64,000 bases of DNA from assembly GCA_963796055.1 (NCBI GenBank), contig CAWCKH010000004.1:3392001-3456000 (forward strand), read 5' to 3'. Made by a program: the position numbers and the translations under genes. The notes under the pieces were generated by a model. That model made no database searches, was not told the origin of the DNA, and saw only the letters and a list, made by a program, of their open reading frames with translations. This stretch comes from an uncultured delta proteobacterium (GTDB lineage: Bacteria; Myxococcota; Myxococcia; Myxococcales; Myxococcaceae). The first letter of the stretch is position 1. Every line of letters starts with the position of its first letter. Shown one piece after another: positions 28,230-37,319 of this stretch.

Positions 28230-28946
28230 TCAGATGTCTCCGCCCTGCGGCTGGGGCGAGAGGACCGGGAGCGGCGAGCGGACACCCTCGGGCGCGGGCG
28301 GAAGCACGGCTCCGAAGACGGCGAAGAGCTGGCCGGTGAGCACCGCCCTGCCCGTGCCCGAGGAGCCCCGGATCCAGTCGTTGAGCACGCGGCCGGAGCC
28401 GGGGTCGCTGCGCAGCCCGGGTCGCTCGAGGTTCATCCGGTAGCGCATCACGCCGCGGCGGACCCGGTGGATGATGGAGACGGTCCCGTCGGCGTCGACG
28501 CTCTCCACCAGCGCGATGTGGGTCAGGCCGTCGTCGAGCTTGCCGTCGTGGTCCCGGTCGTAGGTGTCGTGGAAGAAGACCAGGTCGCCGGGGTCCGGCT
28601 GGCCGGTACGGAAGAGTCGTCCTCGCGCCGAGGTCCACCGCCACACCGCCGTGACGCCATTGTCGCCGGGGCGGGCGGAGCCGGTGAGCGGCACTCCGAC
28701 GCTGGCGTACACCCCGAGGACCAGGCCGCTGCAGTCGTCCGGGAAGTGCTGGCCGGGCCACTGCACCGAGGTCCGCCCGAGGAGGCGGCGGGCGGTGGCC
28801 ACCACGCGCCACCGGGTCTCGACACTGGCCGCCGGGTCCCCCTGGACCGAGGGCTCCTGGGCGACGGGGGTCGGGGGAACACCGGAGCGGGTGGTGGCGC
28901 ACGCAGCGCACACGAGGAGAGCCCAGGCGGCGAGAAGGCGGGACAC
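28230..28946 (-). CDS. NlpC/P60-CHAP family lipoprotein (putative peptidoglycan hydrolase)
   Basis: Lipobox-like CAAC, DCSGLV catalytic Cys, PGDLVFF, THIALV His; DRDHDG loop. Confidence 0.85.
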   Translation of the reverse strand: MSRLLAAWALLVCAACATTRSGVPPTPVAQEPSVQGDPAASVETRWRVVATARRLLGRTSVQWPGQHFPDDCSGLVLGVYASVGVPLTGSARPGDNGVTAVWRWTSARGRLFRTGQPDPGDLVFFHDTYDRDHDGKLDDGLTHIALVESVDADGTVSIIHRVRRGVMRYRMNLERPGLRSDPGSGRVLNDWIRGSSGTGRAVLTGQLFAVFGAVLPPAPEGVRSPLPVLSPQPQGGDI

Positions 28947-29051
28947 GGCAGCGCCGCATCGTGACCTCGGCCGGACGGCCGTCAAGAAACCCCCCGGGGG
29001 CGGAGTGTTGGAGGGTGACGGCCTCCCGCGTAAAGTCGAGGGCTCGACCCC

Positions 29052-30659
29052 ATGTCCGAGAAGCCGCGCATCGTCGGGATCGACCTCGGGACCACCAACA
29101 CCCTGGTGGCCTCGGTGCGGAACCGCATCCCCAAGGTGGTTCCCACGGACCGGGGGAATCTGGTGCTCCCGTCGGTGGTGGCGCTCAGCGACAAGGGCGA
29201 CCTCCTGGTCGGCAAGATGGCCAAGGACCAGATGGTGGTGAACCCCAAGAACACCATCTACGGGACCAAGCGGCTCATCGGGCGGCAGTACGCGAGCCGG
29301 GTGGTGCAGGAGCTCAAGGAGTACTTCACCTACCAGATCCTCGAGGGCAACAAGGGCGACGTGGCGGTGAACCTGGGCGGGAGCACCTACTCGCTGGAGC
29401 AGATCGGCGCGTTCATCCTCGGCCACGCCAAGCGCATCTCCGAGCAGTTCCTCGGCGGCCCCTGCCCCGAGGCGGTCATCTCGGTGCCCGCCTACTACAA
29501 CGACCTGCAGCGGGCGGCGGTGAAGGAGGCCGGGCGGATGGCGGGCTTCGAGGTGAAGCGCATCGTCAACGAGCCCACCGCGGCGGCCCTGGCCTACGGC
29601 TTCAACCGCGGGCTGGATCAGAACGTCCTGGTCTACGACCTGGGCGGCGGCACGTTCGACGTCTCGGTGCTGCAGATCACCGGCAACGTGTTCGAGGTGC
29701 AGGCCACCGGCGGGGACACCTTCCTCGGGGGCGTGGACTTCGACAACCGGATCATCGACTACGTGCTGGAGACGTTCCAGCAGCAGACCCGGGTGGACCT
29801 GAGCCAGAGCCCCATCGCCATGCAGCGGATCAAGAACGCTGCTGAGGCGGCGAAGATCGACCTGACGCTCATCCCCAACGTGGTGATCGAGCTGCCGTAC
29901 ATCGAGGAGCGGAAGGGCAAGCCGCTGGACCTGCGCATCCCCCTGTCGCGCGAGCAGCTGAACGCGCTGACCCGGGACCTGGTGGACCGGACCTTCGACC
30001 TCTGCGACCGCGTCCTCTCGGACAAGGGCATCTCCAAGTCGAGCATCGACGAGATCATCCTGGTGGGCGGCCAGTCGCGCATGCCGCTGGTGCAGCAGGA
30101 GATCACCCGGCACTTCGGGAAGCCGCCGCGCAAGGGTGTGCACCCGGACGAGTCGGTGGCGCTGGGGGCGGCGCTGCTGGCCGAGTCGCTGGGGAACATC
30201 GACGCGGTCACCCTGCTCGATGCGCTGTCGATGCCGATCGGCTTCGCGATGGCCAACGGCAAGTTCCGGAAGATCATCGACAAGAACTCGGTGATTCCCC
30301 TGACCACCAGCTTCCGGCTGCCGGGGCCCAGGGAGGACAGCCCGGTCATCGAGCTGGACATCTTCCAGGGCGACTCGGAGTTCATCGTGGACAACGAGTA
30401 CCTGGGAACGGTGAAGGTACCGGCCTCGGCGGCGGGGCGGCGGATCGACTTCCGGCTGAACGAGGAGTGTCTGCTGGAAGTGGTGGTGGAGCTGAGCACC
30501 GGCCCGCGGCACGTGGCGCTGGCCACCCGGGACACGCCGGACACCTTGAAGCGGCTGCTGGCCGAGGAGAAGGCCGCGCGGGCGCGCCCGGTGGGTGCCA
30601 CGGCGCAGACCGACAGCGGGCTCTTCCGGAGCATTCGCCGGATCCTCGGGCGCGACTGA
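29052..30659 (+). CDS. Hsp70-family protein (divergent DnaK paralogue with short C-terminal domain)
   Basis: [51 protein letters not shown]. Confidence 0.93.
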   Translation: MSEKPRIVGIDLGTTNTLVASVRNRIPKVVPTDRGNLVLPSVVALSDKGDLLVGKMAKDQMVVNPKNTIYGTKRLIGRQYASRVVQELKEYFTYQILEGNKGDVAVNLGGSTYSLEQIGAFILGHAKRISEQFLGGPCPEAVISVPAYYNDLQRAAVKEAGRMAGFEVKRIVNEPTAAALAYGFNRGLDQNVLVYDLGGGTFDVSVLQITGNVFEVQATGGDTFLGGVDFDNRIIDYVLETFQQQTRVDLSQSPIAMQRIKNAAEAAKIDLTLIPNVVIELPYIEERKGKPLDLRIPLSREQLNALTRDLVDRTFDLCDRVLSDKGISKSSIDEIILVGGQSRMPLVQQEITRHFGKPPRKGVHPDESVALGAALLAESLGNIDAVTLLDALSMPIGFAMANGKFRKIIDKNSVIPLTTSFRLPGPREDSPVIELDIFQGDSEFIVDNEYLGTVKVPASAAGRRIDFRLNEECLLEVVVELSTGPRHVALATRDTPDTLKRLLAEEKAARARPVGATAQTDSGLFRSIRRILGRD

Positions 30660-30674
30660 GGTAGAGGAGGGCCA

Positions 30675-31097
30675 ATGCCGGTCTTCCCCTCCCGCGGCTG
30701 GGCCGAGGCGGCCATGGCGCTGGTGAACGCCGATCCGGAGAGCGTGGCGGCGGGCCGGGGCTGGACCGGCGACTTCGGGCTGGTGATCGAGGCCGAGCCG
30801 GGCAAGCTGGACACGCACTTCGTGGCCTGGGTGCGGCCGGACGCGGGGCGCATCGCCGAGCTGCGCGTGCTGGTGGACCCCGACGACCTGGACGAGTTCG
30901 AGCCCGCGTACCGGATCCGCGCTCCGTACTCGGTGTGGAAGGGGATGCTGGTCGGCGAGGTGGACCCGGTGGAGGCGATCCTCGAGCGGAGGCTCCGGGT
31001 GGACGGCGACGTGCAGCCGATCCTGGAGCGGATGCGCTACAAGGACATCGCGAGCCGGGTGCTCGCCAGGCTGGAGACCCGGTTCATCGACGAGTGA
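30675..31097 (+). CDS. SCP2 sterol/lipid-binding domain protein
   Basis: FPS..W N-terminus, W..ML.GEVDPV.AIL..RLRVDGD; GGAGG RBS. Confidence 0.75.
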   Translation: MPVFPSRGWAEAAMALVNADPESVAAGRGWTGDFGLVIEAEPGKLDTHFVAWVRPDAGRIAELRVLVDPDDLDEFEPAYRIRAPYSVWKGMLVGEVDPVEAILERRLRVDGDVQPILERMRYKDIASRVLARLETRFIDE

Positions 31098-31105
31098 GGG
31101 GCGGC

Positions 31106-31399
31106 ATGGGCGGCAAGCGGAGCCTGCGCGCGCGGGCGCTGGGGATGTCCCAGAAGGCGTTCGAGCGGCTGATGGCCGACGAGCAGCGGGCCCAGTGGGT
31201 GGCCCAGGCGCTGGGGCGGATGCAACGCGGGAAGAGGGCGCTGGACCGTGGCCAGGAGGAGCTGATGCACGCGCTCCAGCTGGCGGCGAAGAGCGACTTC
31301 GGGAAGATGGGGAAGCAGCTCTCGGCGCTGAAGCGGCGGACCCGCGAGTTCGAGGAGCGGGTGGACCGGATGGTGAAGCCGCCCCTCGCCGGTGATTGA
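31106..31399 (+). CDS. small coiled-coil hypothetical protein (phasin-like amphipathic helices)
   Basis: MGGKRSLRARALG...; compact ORF with host-like codon usage filling the gap before the tRNA. Confidence 0.65.
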   Translation: MGGKRSLRARALGMSQKAFERLMADEQRAQWVAQALGRMQRGKRALDRGQEELMHALQLAAKSDFGKMGKQLSALKRRTREFEERVDRMVKPPLAGD

Positions 31400-31442
31400 C
31401 AGGCGAGGTCGGGGTCTGGCACGTATGCCCGCCTTGCAGTCC

Positions 31443-31514
31443 GGGCGTATAGCTCAGCGGTAGAGCACTGCCTTCACACGGCAGGGGTCGCAGGTTCAAA
31501 CCCTGCTGCGCCCA
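31443..31514 (+). tRNA. tRNA-Val (anticodon CAC), CCA not encoded
   Basis: Acceptor GGGCGTA/TGCGCCC, D arm GCTC..GAGC, anticodon arm CTGCC-TTCACAC-GGCAG, T arm GCAGG-TTCAAAC-CCTGC. Confidence 0.97.
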
Positions 31515-31540
31515 ATGAGTTAGAAGGGCAGAGGGGTCCA

Positions 31541-31562
31541 GGGGTAACAGTGGGGGTAACAG
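31541..31562 (+). repeat. direct repeat GGGGTAACAG x2, resembling tyrosine-integrase arm-type sites
   Basis: GGGGTAACAG-TG-GGGGTAACAG, 26 nt downstream of the tRNA 3' end. Confidence 0.6.
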
Positions 31563-31678
31563 CCGTTCGTCCAGCCTAGGTGACGTAGTTAGCTCGCACA
31601 CACCGCGCAATGGTTAGGCTAGGAGCCCCTGGTCTTGGGACTTCTAGGTCCCGTCGTCGGTTGTCCGGGGAGCCCGCC

Positions 31679-32044
31679 ATGGCAGACGAGACGAGTTCTG
31701 CGTACCGAGTTCAAACCCTCCCCAACGAGGATGGCATCCGCCAGCCAGTCACGTACGCCAACACCTCGCTCATCGTGGGCGACCAGGTTGGTCTCACGGT
31801 CTACTTCTTCTCGGCTCCCGCCGATTCGAACAACCTCCCTGAGAGTGTTCAGGCACTCAAGGCGAAGACACCGGACGGCATCCCGACCGTGACGGTGAAG
31901 CTCGCTCCGGTCGCGAAGCTCTTCATCCCGCATGAGCACGGCAGGACCTTGCTCCAAGCGCTCGCGGAGAACGTCGCGCTTTGGGAGAAGGTACGGCAAG
32001 CCGGAGGCCTGAACCCTGCTGGGGTTGTGGAGAAGGCGGGATGA
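31679..32044 (+). CDS. DUF3467-like small protein
   Basis: YAN...L.VYF...VAKLFIP...LLQALAENV pattern; GGGGAG RBS before ATG 31679; ATGA overlap with the next gene. Confidence 0.65.
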   Translation: MADETSSAYRVQTLPNEDGIRQPVTYANTSLIVGDQVGLTVYFFSAPADSNNLPESVQALKAKTPDGIPTVTVKLAPVAKLFIPHEHGRTLLQALAENVALWEKVRQAGGLNPAGVVEKAG

Positions 32045-32943
32045 AAGGCTCCACAGAACGAGCTGCTCAGCCGGACAGCATTGTCGAGATTCCGTGTTCG
32101 CGTACGTACGAGGAGCCCGAGAGCCAGGAGCAGCTCGCCAGGATCATCCAGAGCTCGATCACGCGACGAGTCGCTCCCTCAGAGCGCACTCACGAGGAGG
32201 TTGCTTCGCTGGCGCTGGGCGGCAGTCCGTCGGAAGTGGTCATCATCGAGACGCCCAAGAGCGAGCCGGAGGAGTGGATCAACCTGCTGCGCAAGACCCT
32301 TGCGACAGCCGAACCCTCGCCTTCCGCGGTGGCGTTCCGCATCATCGATACCTCCAAGAGCGAGCCGGACGAGTGGATCAACCTGTTTCGCAAGAACCTT
32401 GCGATGGCCGAGCCTTCGCCTTCCGCGGTGCCATTCCGCATCATCGAAGCCTCCAAGAGCGAGCCGGAGGAGTGGATCAGCTTGTTTCGCAAGAACCTTG
32501 CGATGGCCGAGCCCTCGCCTGTAGAGGCGGCGTTCCGCATCATCGGGCGCGAGCTACCGACGTATCGGCCGACACCGATCCCTCTGTTCGCTGGAGACTC
32601 ACGCGAGCGTCAACGCGACTTGTTGATGGAAAGCACCCTCAACTCGCTCCCTCAACGCCAGGGCGTTTCGGCCGAAGCAAGTCGGTCAGCGCTCGCGTTT
32701 TGGAAGAGACTTCGCACGTGGATTCCAACCGTCACGCTCCCGCAGACACAGGTGACGCCGGAGGGCGGCATCCACATGGCTTGGCAGCGAGGTGGACGCT
32801 TTGCCAGCATCGACGTGAGTGGCAACGCAGCAGTGGACTGGTTCTTCCAAGACCCAGGAACAGGTGAGGCTGCGAGCGGTGACGACCAGGAGAGCCCCCT
32901 CGGTTTCATCTCGTACCTTCAGAAGCTCTTTGAGCAGAGATGA
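32041..32943 (+). CDS. hypothetical protein with three 33-aa repeats and a C-terminal antitoxin-like domain
   Basis: ATGA overlaps at both ends; C-terminal P.TQVTPEGGIHMAW...SIDVSG pattern. Confidence 0.75.
   Translation: MKGSTERAAQPDSIVEIPCSRTYEEPESQEQLARIIQSSITRRVAPSERTHEEVASLALGGSPSEVVIIETPKSEPEEWINLLRKTLATAEPSPSAVAFRIIDTSKSEPDEWINLFRKNLAMAEPSPSAVPFRIIEASKSEPEEWISLFRKNLAMAEPSPVEAAFRIIGRELPTYRPTPIPLFAGDSRERQRDLLMESTLNSLPQRQGVSAEASRSALAFWKRLRTWIPTVTLPQTQVTPEGGIHMAWQRGGRFASIDVSGNAAVDWFFQDPGTGEAASGDDQESPLGFISYLQKLFEQR
32242..32545 (+). repeat. 99-bp coding tandem repeat x3 (plus start of a fourth)
   Basis: Units start ATCATCG at 32242, 32341, 32440, 32539; peptide II(E/D)xxKSEP(E/D)EWIxLxRKxLAxAEPSPxxxxFR. 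Confidence 0.95.
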
Positions 32944-33431
32944 GTACCTCGGGCACGCCGTTGCCCGATGGATCGAGAGTCCTCCGCCTCCGCAACAAGC
33001 CGGAGATCGAGGCAGAGGAAGGTCCAGTACTGGATCCCGTCATGTTCAGACCGAACAAGGCGGACCTTGATGATGCGAAGGCCAATGGGAACCCAGTCCG
33101 TCTGTCGGACTGGGATCGCTCTCGGACCACCGTTCAGCAGGCAATCGAGTTCCGGACCAGTGACAAGCTACAACAGGTGTTCGAGTTGGGCGTTGACGAT
33201 GTCTCGGAGGTCGCTAGCGCGTTCGAAGCCCGGTGGCCGCCATGGAATGATCGCCTGAGGGTGGTCGAAGACCCGAAGGCCGAATATTGTGTGCGGCCCG
33301 GAGGTGACGGGCACTGCGGAATAGAGGGGCTACACAGGCCTGAGGAGAGGAAGGCAGAGAAAGCCTTCTTCAACACCGTTCGCCTGGAACTTGCTCGTCG
33401 CGTGAAGCTCCTCGATCCCGATGAGTGGTAG
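32940..33431 (+). CDS. putative ADP-ribosyltransferase-fold toxin
   Basis: Motif order RVLR...F.P...LS.W...L.V..V...LRVV.DP...GHCGIEGL...R.ELA resembles small R-S-H ART-like toxins; function inferred. Confidence 0.55.
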   Translation: MSTSGTPLPDGSRVLRLRNKPEIEAEEGPVLDPVMFRPNKADLDDAKANGNPVRLSDWDRSRTTVQQAIEFRTSDKLQQVFELGVDDVSEVASAFEARWPPWNDRLRVVEDPKAEYCVRPGGDGHCGIEGLHRPEERKAEKAFFNTVRLELARRVKLLDPDEW

Positions 33432-33707
33432 CCAGTCGGGGGACTGGTGAGAAGCAACGTCTTCGAACGAGTCCAGCCGAAGAAGCCCTCCATTACGCCA
33501 CACGAAACGCACCACGTCCGCGCCGCTGGTCTTCGGGATGGGCTCGGCGCGGAAGTCCCACACGCTCCAGTCCTGGGGTCCGTACTTCTGGACCGCACGC
33601 TCCATCACGCGTGCGATGGCCGACTCCGGTGTGCCACCTAGCTCGACCGCGTTGGCGTGCTTGATGCCGGTATCTCCGCCCCAGCAATCCCAGCCGAGCA
33701 CACTCAC
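33330..33707 (-). CDS. hypothetical protein
   Basis: GAGGGAG RBS before GTG, protein-like first ~85 aa; 3' end overlaps the convergent ART-like gene. Confidence 0.3.
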   Translation of the reverse strand: MSVLGWDCWGGDTGIKHANAVELGGTPESAIARVMERAVQKYGPQDWSVWDFRAEPIPKTSGADVVRFVWRNGGLLRLDSFEDVASHQSPDWLPLIGIEELHATSKFQANGVEEGFLCLPLLRPV

Positions 33708-33899
33708 CGAAATCTCCCTCCGATTGCGCCTCCGCCTCTAGTCGGGCGGGCTGCCGGTCTGCGAGGAACGGCGTGAATTCTGAATTCCGTAGGATCCGAG
33801 CGTATGGACAGGCTGGAAACTTGCCGCTAGTCTGTACGCCTAGGGCCCAAGCGAGCGACTTCGGTCAGGCCGCCTTCTCCACGGGCCCGGGGGGGACGC

Positions 33900-34802
33900 G
33901 TGGACTGGCGAGCAAAGGTCCTAGGTGCAGCGATCCTCGCGGTGTTCGCGGCAGTGGCCGGCTCGGCCTGCTCATCGGCTCTGGCCCAGGACGGTGAGCT
34001 CACGCTTGAGGACGTCAGAGGCCGGGCATCCGCATTGTCGACCTCTTCTTGCCCGACGGGGGCAGTCAGCCGTGCCACCAACTCAACATCATCGGAAACG
34101 ACTGCCACGACACGACGGGTTTCCCTGTGGCCTGCTGCTTCTACACCGCGTCTCCCTCCCCGACTCAGCTTCAGGGACCGGCGTGCACCGAGTACTCAGG
34201 AACCACCGTCATGATTCAGCAGGTCGGAAAGGGATTCTGCTGTGAGCGCTATGCGCCTGGGTACGGACCAACAGACTGGGTCAGATCGGAGGACCCGAAC
34301 TTGGCCACCCCGTGTGCGTTCTGCGGTGGCGAGACGCCCAACGACAATCAATGCTGCACGCGAGACCGAAACGTCGTGCAGAAGTTTCCAATCGTGAACC
34401 TCGACGACTGTCCAGACCGGGTGCAGATAAAGCCACCGGAACAGACGACGCCCGCCTGCGGGCCAGCGGATGCGGGCGTCTTCACGCGCGCCGTCATTCC
34501 GCAGCGTTTCGGCCCTGTTCCGTTTGAGCCGTCTTGCATTGAGCACGACTACTGCTACAGCACGTGTAGGCGGGACAAGGGGTTCTGCGACCGACAGATT
34601 AACGAACTCCTACGGGCTGCCTGCATGGACGCTTTCGCAGCTCAGATTGAGGCGATCGGGAGGGCCGGCGGCGACCCGAGATCGCTGAGCGCCGTACTCA
34701 ATAGCTGCCTCTACGCGGCTGACAGCTTCTTTGGGGCAGTGGTGAGCAGGGACAAGAGCCTACGACAAGGCGCAGAAGGAGTTCTGCAAGTGCTGCGAAT
34801 GA
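33900..34802 (+). pseudogene. secreted Cys-rich group XII-like phospholipase A2, interrupted by frameshifts
   Basis: Signal peptide in the 33900 frame; PLA2 core CG...F.PSCIEHDYCYSTC...K..CD in the 34049 frame; typical tail AYDKAQKEFCKCCE* in a different frame ending 34802. Confidence 0.75.
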
Positions 34803-35233
34803 CCAGACGAATCCTCTGCCTGCTCCTGCTCGCTGTCGCCTGCAAGGAGGCCCCAATCAGCGGTTCGCCCGACGCTGGCCAATCGAGTCTCGCTGGGAAA
34901 TGGCAGGGCGTTCAGTCGGTCGACCCCAACGGCCAGGGCAGTCTCGCTAGACTAGAGTTACAAGGAGCGCCGGGTGGGCAGGTGCGGGGCGCCTTGGACG
35001 TTTCCTATGGCATGGACGCCAACGACCTCGCCACCATCGGCTTCCTCTCCGGACCTGCCCAGGGCGGCACGTTCATCCGGGGCACATCCTTTCTTCCTGA
35101 TGGCGGTCTGGAGCCTCGTTTGACGATGACGATCACGGTCTCTCAATCCCTCAACCACATCGACTGGGTCGAGCAGCAGCACACCCTCGACGGCGGTCCG
35201 CTACCCATCTACTACCGGATGGACAGACAGTAG
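34799..35233 (+). CDS. lipoprotein, candidate immunity protein for the PLA2
   Basis: MTRRILCLLLLAVAC lipobox; ATG overlaps the reconstructed PLA2 stop (ATGA). Confidence 0.7.
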   Translation: MTRRILCLLLLAVACKEAPISGSPDAGQSSLAGKWQGVQSVDPNGQGSLARLELQGAPGGQVRGALDVSYGMDANDLATIGFLSGPAQGGTFIRGTSFLPDGGLEPRLTMTITVSQSLNHIDWVEQQHTLDGGPLPIYYRMDRQ

Positions 35234-35270
35234 TTCTCACCTCCGCCTGGAACGACGAACCACGACGCGC

Positions 35271-35620
35271 GTGGGAAGAAAGAAGAGCCCCCCAATCCGC
35301 TGCGTGGTCCCGGGCTGCGACCACCTCATCCAGCGCCGGCAATACTGCATCCGGCACTATCGCGAGCGGGTCCTGCCGCGGTGCCGGGTAAGGGGGTGCG
35401 GCCGGCTTCGGCTTCTGCGAGCCCCACTACAGGAACGGCGGCAAGCCGATCCCCGTGAGAGCCAAGCGTAGTGCCGCAACTGGCCCCCGTGTCTTCGCCT
35501 GGAGCCGACTTTACGGTGCCCGTGTTCGAGGGAGAGGCCCGGCGGCTGGGGCTGAGGAACACGGGGATGCTGGCCGAGATCGTCGAGGCTTGGGCCCGAG
35601 CGCGTGACCTGCCCCCGAGC
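35271..35620 (+). pseudogene. frameshifted relic of a CxxxxC..CxxH zinc-finger protein
   Basis: CVVPGC...YCIRHY, then CRVRGC continuing as GFCEPHYR in another frame. Confidence 0.45.
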
Positions 35621-36020
35621 TGTCAAAGCGGCTGCGGCGCACCGCCGCGTCGCGCCGCATCGCCGTCGCCGAGCTGTTGCGCCAGGTGCTGGAGGCGGGG
35701 CTGCCCTGAGCCGCGGGCATCTCGGCGCCATGCCCCGGCCAGTCCCAGCTCGGCTAGTAGCGCAACGTGAACCTTCACATCAGCAGGCCTACGCATCCGG
35801 GGAAGCGCACCGTGCCGCAAGAGATTCGCGCAAATGCGCAGACACTACGTTTTAGCTGGTTATGAGCTGATGTTTGCGCATTTCTTGCACTTCGCGACCG
35901 ACGGCTCGAGCGATTAAGACCAATAAGTATCAATGAAATTGCGGGTCCGGCCTTCGGGGCATGGGAAATGCTGCCAATTTGCGTATATCACCTATGCGCT
36001 GGGCGCAGGGAGGGGTCCCG

Positions 36021-36188
36021 ATGAGGCCTCTAGACCGCGCAGCGGTAGCGGTATCGCTATGCCTGCTCGCTTTGGGCCCTGCGTATGCCGCATCAACGCC
36101 TGGCGTTGCGAGCGCAGACGCTGAGAGCAGCAATCCGCCGACACACTGCGGTTCCTGGGGGTGCCCAATGAGACGACTGACTTTCTAG
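36021..36188 (+). pseudogene. signal-peptide-only remnant of a secreted protein
   Basis: GGAGGGG RBS, MRPLDRAAVAVSLCLLALGPAYA, early stop. Confidence 0.3.
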
Positions 36189-36315
36189 AGGACATCGCCT
36201 TGAAGAGCTTTGTCCACGCCGACACTCTCGGCGAATGCCTGCGCGGGCGCTTCTCTCTTGAAGAATTCGCTTCGTTCGGGAGCCTTGCGTCCTCCTGAAG
36301 AAGCTCGGAGGCATC

Positions 36316-36993
36316 ATGAAAACATCAAAAAAGTCCATGGTGGTTGCGGCTGTCGTTCTTTCGCTCTTCATGCCGGCACGGTCTGCGCTTGCCCAGGTGC
36401 AGCACCTGCCACTCAGCAGGTTCATCGACGTGCAGTTTGAGCAGGCCGCCTGGCAAGATCCTGCGTCGGGCGACACCCTCGTCTTTGATCTCTACGGAGC
36501 GCGCGCCGCGGCCTTCGGCCTTCAGCTCGGCACGACGGTGCAGGGCGGCGTGGACATCCGTGATCTGGGCAATGGCACCGAGCGAGTGACCGTGAACTGG
36601 CAGACGCGGAACGCCGTCTGCGCCGGTCTCAACGCCAATGGCGATGCGGCATTCGGATTCTTCGCCGTCGAGATCGCCGCCGGTGCTCCCGCATCCCTGG
36701 GCCACGGTCACACGCTCATCGAGTTCACCCAGCCCACCGGAAGCCCCATGCCGACCCAGTTCGAGATCTTGAACGGCGTCGGCGGCAGGGTCTGGGAGAA
36801 GACCCTGACCAGCATCATGTGCCAGAACGGAGAGCTCAGGGCCGGATCGGGCTTCCCGGAGGGCACTCGCGGCTTCGCCCAGACGACGCAGACGGCCCTG
36901 CTGTCCACGGGAGTGCCGTCCGGCTGTCCACCCGAGAAGGACGCTGACTGCTTCCCCGCGGAGAAGGTGCAGTTCAAGCCGAACGGCCACTGA
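36316..36993 (+). CDS. secreted hypothetical protein
   Basis: GGAGG RBS, signal peptide ending ALA-Q, beta-rich body with Cys pairs. Confidence 0.8.
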   Translation: MKTSKKSMVVAAVVLSLFMPARSALAQVQHLPLSRFIDVQFEQAAWQDPASGDTLVFDLYGARAAAFGLQLGTTVQGGVDIRDLGNGTERVTVNWQTRNAVCAGLNANGDAAFGFFAVEIAAGAPASLGHGHTLIEFTQPTGSPMPTQFEILNGVGGRVWEKTLTSIMCQNGELRAGSGFPEGTRGFAQTTQTALLSTGVPSGCPPEKDADCFPAEKVQFKPNGH

Positions 36994-37319
36994 GGCTGCC
37001 ACCCAGAAGCGTGAGCTCGCGCGCAGCCGCGGCCCGCTGCCTGCCAGGCCTGCCTCGGGCTCCCAGCCAGCGACGCATCGCCGAACTGGCGCGTGACCGA
37101 CGCCCACTGAGGCTGCGGCCACCGCCACGACGGCCCGGACGAGTGCCGAGGCTTGCGGACGGACGTTGCACGATGCCGATCTCGATCGACGAGCTGCTGT
37201 GCACCAGGCTGCGCACGCCGAAGAGGAGCTCGCTCCACGCCTTGCTCAGTCCATGGATGTCGCGGAGCGGCAGTCGCAGCGGAGCGCCACGGTCGCGAGC
37301 AGCTCCTGGAGCTTTCGAG

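Noticed and set aside
28947..31610. 1126-aa minus-strand ORF extension
   Set aside because: Antisense to Hsp70, SCP2 and the tRNA; only 28230-28946 is protein-like.
32242..32545. CRISPR array
   Set aside because: Contiguous in-frame 99-bp units with no unique spacers and no cas genes in the window.
34049..35233. Single 394-aa PLA2-lipoprotein fusion from the ORF track
   Set aside because: The PLA2 tail and stop lie in another frame and an internal lipoprotein signal starts at 34799; the fusion results from a frameshift.
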